Shown here: piece after piece, positions 35,093-59,289 of the stretch
Layout of the letters: each line of letters begins with the position of its first letter
Position numbering within the stretch: position 1 is the first letter of the stretch
DNA from: the human T2T-CHM13v2.0 reference genome, Homo sapiens
Length of the DNA: 64,000 nt
Reading direction: 5' to 3' (one strand)
Assembly: GCF_009914755.1 (NCBI RefSeq)
Contig: NC_060935.1
The notes under the pieces: model-generated
The model's database searches: none
Seen by the model: the letters and a program-made list of their open reading frames with translations, nothing else
Told to the model about the DNA's origin: nothing
Position numbers and translations under genes: made by a program

Positions 35093-35326
35093 TTAGTTCC
35101 CTTTCCTGGTCAAGGAAAGGGGTGACAGACGGCACCTGGAAAATCGGGCCACTCCCACCCGAATACTGCACTTTTCCGACGGGCTTAGGAAATGGCGCAC
35201 CAGGAGATTATATCCTGCACCTGGCTCGGAGGGTCCTACGCCCATGGAGTCTTGCTGATTGCTAGCACAGCAGTCTGAGATCAAACTGCAAGGCGGCAGC
35301 GAGGCTGGGGGAGGGGCGCCCGCCAT
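35093..35326 (-). CDS. L1 ORF0 (77 aa, open) in the antisense-promoter region
   Basis: MAGAPPPASLPPCSLISDCCASNQQDSMGVGPSEPGAGYNLLVRHFLSPSEKCSIRVGVARFSRC..., the ORF0 signature. Confidence 0.75.
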   Translation of the reverse strand: MAGAPPPASLPPCSLISDCCASNQQDSMGVGPSEPGAGYNLLVRHFLSPSEKCSIRVGVARFSRCRLSPLSLTRKGN

Positions 35327-35908
35327 TGCCCAGGCTCGCTTAGGTAAACAAAGCAGCCGGGAAGCTTGAACTGGGTGGAGCCCACCACGGCTCAAGGAGG
35401 CCTGCCTGCCTCTGTAGGCTCCACCTCTGGGGGCAGGGCACAGACAAACAAAAAGACAGCAGTAACCTCTGCAGACTTAAATGTCCCCGTCTGACAGCTT
35501 TGAGGAGAGCAGTGGTTCTCCCAGCACGCAGCTGGAGATCTGAGAACGGGCAGACTCCCTCCTCAAGTGGGTCCCTGACCCCGACCCCCGAGCAGCCTAA
35601 CTGGGAGGCACCCCCCAGTAGGGGCAGACTGACAACTCACATGGCCAGGTACTCCTCTGAGACAAAACTTCCAGAGGAACGATCAGACAGCAGCATTCGC
35701 GGATCATGAAAATCCGTGGTTCTGCAGACACCGCTGCTGATACCCAGGCAAACAGGGTCTGGAGTGGACCTCTAGCAAACTCCAACAGACCTGCAGCTGA
35801 GGGTCCTGTCTGTTAGGAGGAAAACTAACAAACAGAAAGGACATCCACACCAAAAACCCATCTGTACATCACCATCATCAAAGACCAAAAGTAGATAAAA
35901 CCACAAAG

Positions 35909-36925
35909 ATAGGGAAAAAACAGAGCAGAAAAACTGGAAACTCTAAAAAGCAGAGCGCCTCTCCTCCTCCAAAGGAACGCAGTTCCTCACCAGCAACGGA
36001 ACAAAGCTGGACGGAGAATGACTTTGATGAGTTGAGAGAAGAAGGCTTCAGACAATCAAACTACTCCAAGCTACAGGAGGAAATTCAAACCAAAGGCAAA
36101 GAAGTTGAAAACTTTGAAAAAAATTTAGACGAATGTATAACTAGAATAACCAATACAGAGAAGTGCTTAAAGGAGCTGATGGAGCTGAAAGCCAAGGCTC
36201 GAGAACTACGTGAAGAATGCAGAAGCCTCAGGACCCAATGCGATCAACTGGAAGAAAGAGTATCAGTGACGGAAGATGAAATGAATGAAATGAAGCGAGA
36301 AGGGAAGTTTAGAGAAAAAAGAATAAAAAGAAATGAACAAAGCCTCCAAGAAATGTGGGACTATATGAAAAGACCAAATCTGCGTCTGATTGGTGTACCT
36401 GAAAGTGATGGGGAGAATGGAACCAAGTTGGAAAACACTCTGCAGGATATTATCCAGGAGAACTTCCCCAATCTAGCAAGGCAGGCCAACATTCAGATTC
36501 AGGAAATACAGAGAACGCCACAAAGATACTCCTCGAGAAGAGCAACTCCAAGACACATAATTGTCAGATTCACCAAAGTTGAAATGAAGGAAAAAATGTT
36601 AAGGGCAGCCAGAGAGAAAGGTCGGGTTACCGTCAAAGGGAAGCCCATCAGACTAACAGCTGATCTCTCGGCAGAAACTCTACAAGCCAGAAGAGAGTGG
36701 GGACCAATATTCAACATTCTTAAAGAAAAGAATTTTCAACCCAGAATTTCATATCCAGCCAAACTAAGCTTGACAAGTGCAGGAGAAATAAAATACTTTA
36801 CAGACAAGCAAATGCTGAGAGATTTTGTCACCACCAGGTCTGCCCTAAAAGAGCTCCTGAAGGAAGCACTAAACATGGAAAGGCACAACCGGTACCAGCC
36901 ACTGCAAAATCATACCAAAATGTAA
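35909..36925 (+). pseudogene. L1 ORF1, open for 338 codons but with start codon ATG>ATA
   Basis: ccacaaagATAgggaaaaaacagagc at 35909; no stop until 36925; first in-frame ATG at 36179 (codon 91). Confidence 0.88.
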
Positions 36926-36961
36926 AGACCATTGAGATTAGGAAGAAACTGCATCAACTAA

Positions 36962-40805
<3,844 letters not shown>

Positions 40806-41301
40806 ACAATGAGAACACATGACACAGGAAGGGGAACATCACACTCTGGGGACTGTTGTGGGGTGGGGGGAGGGGGGAGCGATAGCTTTAGGAGATATAC
40901 CTAATGCTAAATGACGAGTTAATGGGTGCAGCACACCAGCATGGCACATGTATACATATATAACTAACCGGCACATTGTGCACATGTACCCTAAAACTTA
41001 AAGTATAATAATAATAATAAAAAAGATTATTCTAGTGTCTAATATGGTAGATAGACTGACAGAAAAGAGACTAGACGTACAAAGATAAGTGAGAAATGAC
41101 TGCTGTATCCCTGCCTTGAGCAACAGCTTCTGATCTCAGTGGAAACAGATATTTCACTCATGAAACGTACATGTCCTAGAACTCTGTAAATGACATTTAG
41201 AGCTATTGTACCTGAAATATGGTATGCTTCCTTGCTAGATGTTCAAGAGGTAAATAAGAGTTGGTAAACTTTTCAGATCTGGAACATGTGACTTATGGGT
41301 T

Positions 41302-42031
<730 letters not shown>

Positions 42032-43335
42032 GTAGGGTTCTAAATATTGTGGGCTGGATGGGGGTTGGAGAGCAGCAGAGAAAGTGGGAATGGAGGTGGG
42101 ACAATTTGGTTTGGGAAATATGGAAGGTAAGTAGTAGGGAACAAGGTTGGAAAGGGGAGGGAAGTGTTATTGATTCTAAGGAAGAACCCAGGAAAGCCAT
42201 CCAGATTGCTGTACCCAAAGGTGTGCTGCTCTTCTTCTGGCTTTATGTCAGTGAATTCTCTTCTCTGGTGGATCAAGCTGGCTGGGCCTATTTTGTAGAA
42301 ATTATAGAGAGATGTCTCCCCTCTTCTCTGCTCCCACTCTCACTACTTCACTACTGCTTGACACTTGGGATGGGTTTATGCCATGTGCCACCTCCTGGGA
42401 GATCATTTTTCTGGGCGCATGGAACTAAATATACTTACTGACAGCTGGTAGCTTGGCTCTTTGTAGAACTATTGAGCTGTATAGTTCTAGCCAATGCTGC
42501 ATTCCCCATGGTAAGGCAGGACTCTTGGGGAGCCTCCTTAGGTATTCCTGAGAGAAGAGCTGCTTGTTCTAAGTCTGAAATAGTAAATCCCTTTGGTGGG
42601 ATCCAAAAGCTGCCTGTTTAGCTTTGTTATCACCTTTCGTTACTTTTAAACTTTGTCTTAAATCAGACTTTAGCTATTAGCTGGATGTGGGACAGTGTTC
42701 AAAGTAAGATGTGGTAATGCCTACTTCAAGTATATTGAACATCAAAGTTACAGCTCAATATAATATTCTTGGGTGCTAGTACCCAGCTTGTGGCTGGGTA
42801 ACTGGGAACTTCCGTTGAGGGTATATGGTTTGGCAGGGGAGATAGACATCTAATAAGACTGATAAAGGTATTCATAGGCACTATGGGAGCACAGAAGAAG
42901 TCACCTTTGATCAAGAATCTTTTTCTGTTACTTTCCTGTCCTTATCTCACTCTCCTTCCAATAATAATCTCAATTAATATCTGAATTGTGCTTTCAAACT
43001 CAGTACTTTAGTGTACAACAGGAATTACAAACTGTGCCCCTGAAGGGTCAGAGGGCATTGTAAGTGAGTAATGTGGGCTGTATAAATGCATGTGCATAAG
43101 TCTGTGAGTGGTGAGAGCTGTGGGAAAATGGAGAGCCCACACCTCTTCAGAAGGAGCAGCTCTGGCAGACTGTTGCCATGTAGTCATGTACTCCAAGAGC
43201 AGTTCTAAGAGATAGGGGATTGAGACCTCCATAGCTCCTTTAGCACCAACTCCCCAACCTTTAAGATACCCCAAATTGTATAACATATATATATTCATAC
43301 TCATATATAATATGAATTATACATATTTTATATAT

Positions 43336-43640
43336 AGTCATAGGCCACATAAGGACATTCAGTCAACAGTGGGCCACATATGCAATGTGGTTCCATAAGA
43401 TTATAATATATTTTACTATATCTTTTTTATGTTTGGATATGTTTAGGTACACAAATACTTACTACTGTGTTACAACTCCCTACAATATTGAGTACAGTAA
43501 CATGTTGTACAAGTTTGTAGCCTAGGAGCAATAGGCTATTTCATATAACCTAGGTGTGTAGTAGGCTATACACATCTAGCATACTCTATGATGTTGACAC
43601 ATGATGCATTTCTTAGAATGTATCCCCATCATATGTCATA
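43336..43640. mobile_element. Tigger3-like TcMar DNA transposon fragment
   Basis: cacataaggacattcagtcaacag...ccataagattataat...gcctaggagcaataggctat...gtgtagtaggctata. Confidence 0.6.
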
Positions 43641-43649
43641 AGTGAATGA

Positions 43650-44200
43650 CATATAATGAAACCAATTTTAACAGAGGCTAATTTGTTATAAACAAGGGTT
43701 AAGTTCCTATGGCATATTTCTGGTCACAAAAACATCACCAAACTTACAAATAAAGACCAAAACACTTACAATATGAAACACTGAAATAAATGTGAGCTGT
43801 ATATACATTTAAGAAAGATTAATAAAAACAAGTAAGATAATTATTTATAATTATTTACCTACTTATTTCAGTTTAGGGTTGAGAGTGTCCAGAGTTTATG
43901 CTAGCAGCTCAGGGTGCAAGGTGGGCACCAACTCTGGATAGGACGCCATTTCATTGCATGGCACACTCACACACCCACACTCACTCAGGCTAGGACCATG
44001 GAGACATGCCAGTTCACCTAAAATGTACATCTTTGGGATGTGGGAGGAAATCAGAGAATGCACAGAAAACCCATGCACACATGGGGAGAGCATGGAAACT
44101 TCACACAGACAGTAGCCCCAGCCAGGAATTGATTTTTTTTTCATTGACGTTATAAAGAAATGACATTGAAAGAAATGGTGTTATTTGAGGAGCTGCTGTA
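43650..44200. mobile_element. MER6-like TcMar-Tigger element
   Basis: ...ctttgggatgtgggaggaaatcagagaatgcacagaaaacccatgcacacatggggagagcatggaaacttcacacagacag... ending gttatttgaggagctgctgta. Confidence 0.55.
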
Positions 44201-44289
44201 TATATTTATTCTTTGATATGGAGAATTGATTTTTTCCTTAAGTTTAAGTAAAAGGTTAATAAAAACATCTTCATAAAAAGTTGCATTTT

Positions 44290-45751
<1,462 letters not shown>

Positions 45752-47168
45752 AAAATTTTATGATTTTTAAATTTAGGTTCAACTTTTCAAAATGCTGTGC
45801 AGGCCAGTAAAAGACACACACAAAGGCAATTTATGACTTCTGCAAACTTGTCTCATTTAATCCTTACCATACCTGAAATGAGGGACATTATTAACCCTAA
45901 TTTTGAGAGGAAAATAGGCTCAGAGAGGCAAAGTAGCTTGCCCAAAAGTCACACAGCAAGTAAGTAGCCTGTTTCTATGGGTTCTGCCTTTCTTTCTTTC
46001 TTTTTTTTATTATTATATATTTTAAGTTCTAGGGTACATGTGCACAATGTGCAGGTTTGTTACATAGGTATACATATGCCATGTTGGTTTACTGCACCCA
46101 TCAAGTTGTCATTTACATTAGGTATTTCTTCTAATGCTATCCCTCCCCCAGCCCCCAGCCCCCAACAGGCCCTGGTGTATGATATTCCCCTCCCTCTGTC
46201 TGTATGTTCTCATTGTTCAACTCCCACTTATAAGTGAGAACATGTGGTGTTTGGTTTTCTGTCCTTGTGATATTTTGCTGAGAATGATGGTTTCCAGCTT
46301 CATCCAAGTCCCTGAAAAGAACATGAACTCATCCTTTTTTATGGCTGCATAGTAGTCCATGGTGTATATATGCCACATTTTCTTTATCCAGTCTGTTATT
46401 GATGGACATTTGGGTTGGTTCCAAGTCTTTGCTATTGTGAATAGTGCCGCAATAAACATATGTGTGCATGTGTCTTTATAGTATCATGATTTATAATCCT
46501 TTGGGTATATACGCAGTATTGGGATTGCTGGGTCAAATGGTATTTCTAGTTCTAGATCCTTGAGAAATCACCACACTGTCTTCCACAATGGTTGAACTAA
46601 TTTACACTCCCACCAACAGTGTAAAAGCATTCCTATTTCTCCACATCCTTTCCAGCATCTGTTGTTTCCTGACTTTTTAATGATCTCCATTCTAACTGGC
46701 GTGAGATAGTATCTCATTGTGATTTTGATTTTGATTTGCGTTTCTCTGATGGCCAGTGAAGATGAGCATTTTTTCATGTGTCTGTTGGCTGCATAAATGT
46801 CTTCTTTTGAGAAGTGTCTGTTCATATTCTTCACCTACTTTTTGATTGGGTTGTTTGTTTTTTTCTTGTAAATTTGTTTAAGTTCTTTGTAGATTCTGGA
46901 TATTAGCCCTTTGTCAGATGGATAGTGCAAAAATTTTCTCCCATTCTATAGGTTGCCCGTTCGCTCTGCTGATAGTTTCTTTTGCTGTGCAGAAGCTCTT
47001 TAGTTTAATTAGATCCCATTTGTCTGTTTTGGCTTTTGTTGCCATTGCTTTTGGTGCTTTAGTCATGAAGTCTTTGCCCATGCCTATGTCCTGAATGGTA
47101 TTGCCTAGGTTTTCTTCTAGGGTTTTTATGGTTTTAGGTCTTACATTTAAGTCTTTAATCCATCTCTA

Positions 47169-48362
<1,194 letters not shown>

Positions 48363-48441
48363 TCATGGTGGATAAGCTTTTTGATGTGCTGCTGTATTCG
48401 GTGTGCCAGTATTTTATTGAGGATTTTTGCATCGATGTTCA

Positions 48442-48807
<366 letters not shown>

Positions 48808-48852
48808 TTATTCTCTTTGTGTGGAGGTGTTTATAGTATTCTCTGATGGTAG

Positions 48853-49276
<424 letters not shown>

Positions 49277-52042
49277 GATTCATTGATTTTTTGAAGGGTT
49301 TTTTGTGTCTCTATCTCCTTCAGTTCTGCTGTGATCTTAGTTATTTCTTGTCTTCTGCTAGCTCTTGAATTTGTTTGCCATTTCTTCTCTAGTTCTTTTA
49401 ATTGTGATGTTAGGGTGTCGATTTTAGATCTTTTTTGCTTTCTCTTGTGGGCATTTGGTGCTATAAATTTCCCTCTACACACTGTTTTAAATGTGTCCCA
49501 GAGATTCTGGTATGTTGTGTCTTTGTTCTCATTGGTTTCAAAGAACATCTTTATTTCTGCCTTCATTTCGTTATTTATCCAGTAGTCCTTCAGGAGCAGG
49601 TTGTTCAGTTCCCACGTAGTTGTGTGGTTTTGAGTGAACTTCTTAATCCTGAGTTCTAATTTGATTGCACTGTGGTCTGAGAGACAGTTTGTTGTGATTT
49701 CTGTTCTTTTACATTTGCTGACGAGTATTTTACTTCCAAGTATGTGGTCAATTTTAGAATAAGTGTGATGTGGTGCTGAGAAGAATGTATAGTCTGTTGA
49801 TTTGGCGTGGAGAGTTCTGTAGATGTCTATTAGGTCTGCTTGGTCCAGAGCTGAGTTCAAGTCCTGGATATCCTTGTTAATTTTCTGTCTTGTTTATCTG
49901 TCTAATATTGACAGTGGGGTGTTAAAGTCTCCCATTATTATTGTGTGGGAGTCTAAGTCTCTTTGTAGGTCACTCAGGACTTGCTTTATGAATCTGGGTG
50001 CTCCTGTATTGGGTGCATATATATTTAGGATAGTTAGCTCTTCTTGTTGAATTGATCCCTTTACCATCATGTAATGGCCTTCTTTGTCTCTTTTGATCTT
50101 TGTTGGTTTAAAGTCTGTTTTATCAGAGACTAGGTTTGCAACCCCTGCTTTTTATTGCTTTCCATTAGCTTGGTGGATCTTCCTCTATCCCTTTATTTTG
50201 AGCCTATGTGTGTCTTTACACGTGAGATGGGTCTCCTGAATACAGCTACTGATGGGTCTTGACTCTTTATCCAATTTACCACTCTGTGTCTTTTAATTGG
50301 GGCATTTAGCCCATTTACATTTAAGGTTTATATTGTTAGGTGTGAATTTGATCCTGTCAATATGATGCTAGCTGGTTATTTTGCCCATTAATTGATGCAG
50401 TTTCTTCATAGCATCAATGGTCTTTACAATTTGGCATATTTTTGCAGTGGCTGGTACTGGTTGTCCTTTCCATGTTTAGTGCTTCCTTCAGGAGCTCTTG
50501 TAAGGCAGGCCTGGTGGTGACAAAATTTCTCAGCATTTGCTTGTCTGTAAAGGATTTTATTTCTCCTTCACTTATGAAGCTTAGTTTGGCTGGATATGAA
50601 ATTCTGGGTTGAAAATTCTTTAAGAATGTTGAATATTGGCCCCCACTCTCTTCTGGCTTGTAGGGTTTCTGCCAAGAGATCCACTGTTAGTCTGATGGGC
50701 TTCCCTTTGTGGGTAACCCGACCTCTCTCTCTGGCTGCCCTTAACATTTTTTCCTTCATTTCCACCTTGGTGAATCTGACAATTATGTGTCTTGGGGTTG
50801 CTCTTCTCGAGGAGTATCTTTATGGTGTTCTGTGTATTTCCTGAATTTGAATGTTGGCCTGCCTTGCTAGGTTGGGGAAGTTCTCCTGGATAATATCCTG
50901 AAGAGTGTTTTCTAACTTGGTTGCATTCTCCCTGTCACTTTCAGGTACACCAATCAGACGTAGATTTGGTCTTTTCACATAGTCCCATATTTCTTGGAAG
51001 CTTTGTTCGTTTCTTTTTACTTTTTTCTCTCATCTTGTCTTCTTGCTTTATTTCATTAATTTGATCTTCAATCACTGATATCTTTTTTTCCGCTTGATCA
51101 AATCGGCTATTGAAGCTTGTGTATGCTTCATGAAGTTCTCGTACTGTGGTTTTCAGCTCCATCAGGTCATTTAAGCTCTTCTCTACACTGGTTATTTTAG
51201 TTAGCCATTTGTCTAACCTTTTTTCAAGGATTTTAGCTTCCTTGCAATGGGTTAGAACATGCTCCTTTAGGTCGGAGAAGTTTGTTATTACCGACCTTCT
51301 GAAGCCTACTTCTGTCAACTCGTTAAACTCATCCTCCCTCCAGTTTTGTTCCCTTGCTGGCGAGGAGTTGTGTTCCTTTGGAGGAGAAGAGGCGTTCCAG
51401 TTTTTGGAATTTTCAGCCTTTCTGTTCTGGTTTCTCCCCATCTTTGTGGTTTTATCTACCTTTGTTCTTTGATGTTGGTGACCTACAGATGGGGTTTTGG
51501 TGTGGATGTCCTTTTTGTTGATGTTGATGCTATTCCTTTCTGTTTGTTAATTTTCCTTCTAACAGACAGGCCCCTCAGCTGCATGTCTGTTGGAGTTGGC
51601 GGGAGGTCCACTGCAGACCCTGTTTGCCTGGGTATCACCAGTGGAGGCTGCAGAACAGCAAATGTTGCTGCCTGATCCTTCCTCTGGAAGCTTTGTCCCA
51701 GAGGGTCACCCGCCTGTATGAGGTGTCTGTCAGTCCCTACTGGGAGGTGTCTCCCAGTCAGGCTACACGGGTGTCAGGGACCCACTTGAGGAGGCAGTCT
51801 GTCCATTATCGGAGCTCAAACGCTGTGCTGGGACAACCACTGCTCTCTTCAGAGCTGTCAGGCAGGGACGTTTAAGTCTGCAGAAGCTGTCTGCTGCCTT
51901 TTGTTCAGATATGCCCTGCCCCCAGAGATGGAATCTAGAGAGGCAGTAGGCCTTGCTGAGGTGCAATGGGCTCCGCCCAGTTTGAGCTCCTTGCCACTTT
52001 ATTTACACTGTGAGCATAGAACTGCCTACTCAAGCGTCAGCA

Positions 52043-52372
52043 ATGGTGGATGCCCCTCCCCCCACCAAGCTCCAGTGTCCCGGGTCGATCTCAGACTGCT
52101 GTGCTAGCAGCAAGGAAGGCTCTGTGTGTGTGGGACCCGCCGAGCCAGGCACAGGAGGGAATCTCCTGGATCTGCCAGTTGCGAAGACCGTGGGAAAAGT
52201 GCGGTATTTGGGCAGCAGTGCACTGTTCCACCAGGTAGAGTCACTCACGGCTTCCCTTTGGCTAGGAAAGGGAAATCCCCTGACCCCTTGCACTTCCCAG
52301 GTAAGGCAATGCCCCACCCTGCTTTGGCTTGTCCTCCATGGGCTGCACCCACTGTCCAACCAGTCCCAATGA
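52043..52372 (+). CDS. ORF0-like open frame in the antisense-promoter region of the minus-strand L1 (putative)
   Basis: gcaATGg context; MVDAPPPTKLQCPGSISDCCASSKEGSVCVGPAEPG aligns with ORF0 MAGAPPPASLPPCSLISDCCASNQRDSVGVGPSEPG. Confidence 0.5.
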   Translation: MVDAPPPTKLQCPGSISDCCASSKEGSVCVGPAEPGTGGNLLDLPVAKTVGKVRYLGSSALFHQVESLTASLWLGKGNPLTPCTSQVRQCPTLLWLVLHGLHPLSNQSQ

Positions 52373-53303
52373 GATGAACCAGGTACCTCAGTTGGGAATG
52401 CAGAAATCACCCGTCTTCTGCATTGATCTCACTGGGAGCTGTAGACCGGAGCTGTTCCTATTTGGCCATCTTGGAAGTCCACTGGGTTCTGCCTTTCTGA
52501 CTCTTAAGGCCTGATTGTTGCAGCTTCATTTCTTTATTTTCTAAAGAGGTCCCATTCAGCATAAGTACCTTCCTTCAGGTAGAGCTTCTATTTGCCAGTT
52601 CCTCTTTTGGCATCATCTTCTCTCTGACCTTGTTTTCTGACCCTACTTGTTTTTTGTGTGTTTTGTGGCACCAGTAGGGTCTGTATGTGAGTCCCTATGC
52701 AGATCTTCCTTATACTTTCTTTCTGAGTTTCTCTGCTCTCCACTTACCTCGGTGATCAGACTTGACTATAAAAATGAGTCTATTTCTTGTTGATTTCCTA
52801 TAAGCAGCTGGTATCTCATGTCAGATGGTTTCCTGGAGTTATCTGATAATGGGAGAAAATCCCCTTCCTTGGAGATTTTGGTGTTTCTGCTCCCAAGGCT
52901 TGCTTGTGGTAACTGTCTTTCTAGTCTTAGATTAAGAGGTTCTAGGTTGGAGCCTATGAGGACCAAAGAAGGGTATATCTTGAAGAACCTGATTAATCAA
53001 ACCTAAAAAATCATGAGGATAGCAGATTTGATCTCTAAAATATATCCCAATTCTGACAAATTCTCATCACTTCCACAGCTACCACCTTGTTTCAAGCCAC
53101 CATTAGCTCATGTTATTGCAATACCCACCTGAGTGATTTCTCTGTATCTGCCCTTTCCCTTTTATAGTCTACTTTTTAACACAGTATCCAGAGAAATCGT
53201 TTTAAAAATATAAATGTCTTCATGTTATACCTCTGTTCAAATCCCTGTAACAGCTCCCATCTCAGAGTGAAAAATCAAAGTCTTGATAATAGCCTAAAAA
53301 GTC

Positions 53304-54004
<701 letters not shown>

Positions 54005-54186
54005 TTACTCATTTCTCTCCAACGATACTGGCCTTCTTGTTATTCCTTGAACATACCAAGTATATTCTCTTGCCTCAGGGACTTTGCTTCTGCCCTTCTC
54101 CATTCTTGGGATACTCTTCTCCCAGTTATTCTGCATGCCTTTCTCCCACACCTCTTTTAAATATTTGCTTTGAAGTCACCTTCTTA

Positions 54187-54475
54187 TCTTTTGCCTTGTT
54201 GCACTCCTGAAGGCAAAATGGATCACAAGCAGCTCTGCTGGAGCCACCCACAAAAATCTGGCCAGAGTTCTCGCTCTTGTTGCATCTGCTCAAACCAGCA
54301 TGGTCTGATCTGGAAATATAGCCTCAATATGTGCCTCCAGTGTTGCCATCAGTACGTGAAGGATATAGGTTTCATTAAATTGGACTAAGTGATCTTCCTT
54401 GAATGGATTATCCAAGGCATCCACACAATGAAAAATCATATTAGCTGTTTGTACATAAAATAAAAATGAAGAAAA
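54187..54475 (+). pseudogene. Processed RPS29 pseudogene (56-aa frame 54218-54388 still open) inserted in an L2 remnant
   Basis: [56 protein letters not shown] versus RPS29 [56 protein letters not shown]. Pyrimidine-rich 5' start, AATAAA at 54459-54464, TSD tgaagtca(c/g)cttctta at 54171-54186 and 54476-54491. Confidence 0.92.
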
Positions 54476-54599
54476 TGAAGTCAGCTTCTTAATGACACCT
54501 TGATTCCTCTCATTAAAATGACAAATTGTGAATACCACTACTCTTGGCATCTCCTATTCCTCTTCCCTGCTGTTTTTTTCTTTATTTAAATTATATTTT

Positions 54600-57930
<3,331 letters not shown>

Positions 57931-57934
57931 TTGC

Positions 57935-58315
57935 AGAGCTGGGGGCTGGAATCAACTGAAGTCTCAGTCACTCACATACCTGACTCCTGAACTTGAAGAC
58001 TCAAACAGCTGGGGCTACTCACACATTTCTATCTCTACATAGACTTTCCACATGATATCTCCAGCAGGGTGGCTTCAGCGTAGCCAGGCTTCTTACATTT
58101 TGACTCAGGGCCCCTCAGGGCCCAAAAGAGAGAGAGCTAGGTGAAATTTATATTGCTTTTTCTAACCTAGACTTGGGTGTCGTGCAACATCACTGTTGCC
58201 ACATTCTATTTGTTAGAAGATGAGTCACTAATGTCAGCCTATATTAAAGGGGAGGGAAATCCACCTTTAACGGGAGGATTATCAAACAATTTGTGGACAT
58301 GTTTTAAAACCATTA
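57935..58315 (-). mobile_element. MLT1-like (ERVL-MaLR) LTR fragment
   Basis: ggggctggaatcaactgaag...ccacattctatttgttagaagatgagtcacta...tgttttaaaaccattaca. Confidence 0.5.
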
Positions 58316-58320
58316 CAGTC

Positions 58321-58637
<317 letters not shown>

Positions 58638-59106
58638 ACCATCACAGTAAATTAACCTGTCTAAACCTAATGTAATTTGGGGCAAATGGCATTATCTTCA
58701 AGAGTATCACTGTTCTCATTTATAAAATAAGTGTGATAATTCATTGGTTGTGAAGATTTGATGAGAAAATATTGTGGAAATTCTTAGAATATTGCCTAAT
58801 TTATAAGCAAGTACTCAAACATTTTAAATTCTTCCTTTTTTCTTTCCTCTTTTAGCTTATTGATTTTCAGTTAACTGTCATGTATTGTCTTTTCATAGTT
58901 AAAAAATATGAGGAAAGGATTTCTAATTTATATATATTTTTCAAGTGAGACATGTAACAAAGAGGAAGTGATAGTTTAGTTGGCAACTAAGACATGTGCA
59001 TAAGGAAGGATACATGAGTGATGTGATACACTTGTATGTTGGGTAGATGGAATGTGTTATGGCTAGCTAGAGGCAGGTGACCTGTGTGGAGATCTTGACG
59101 GGCTGA

Positions 59107-59289
<183 letters not shown>

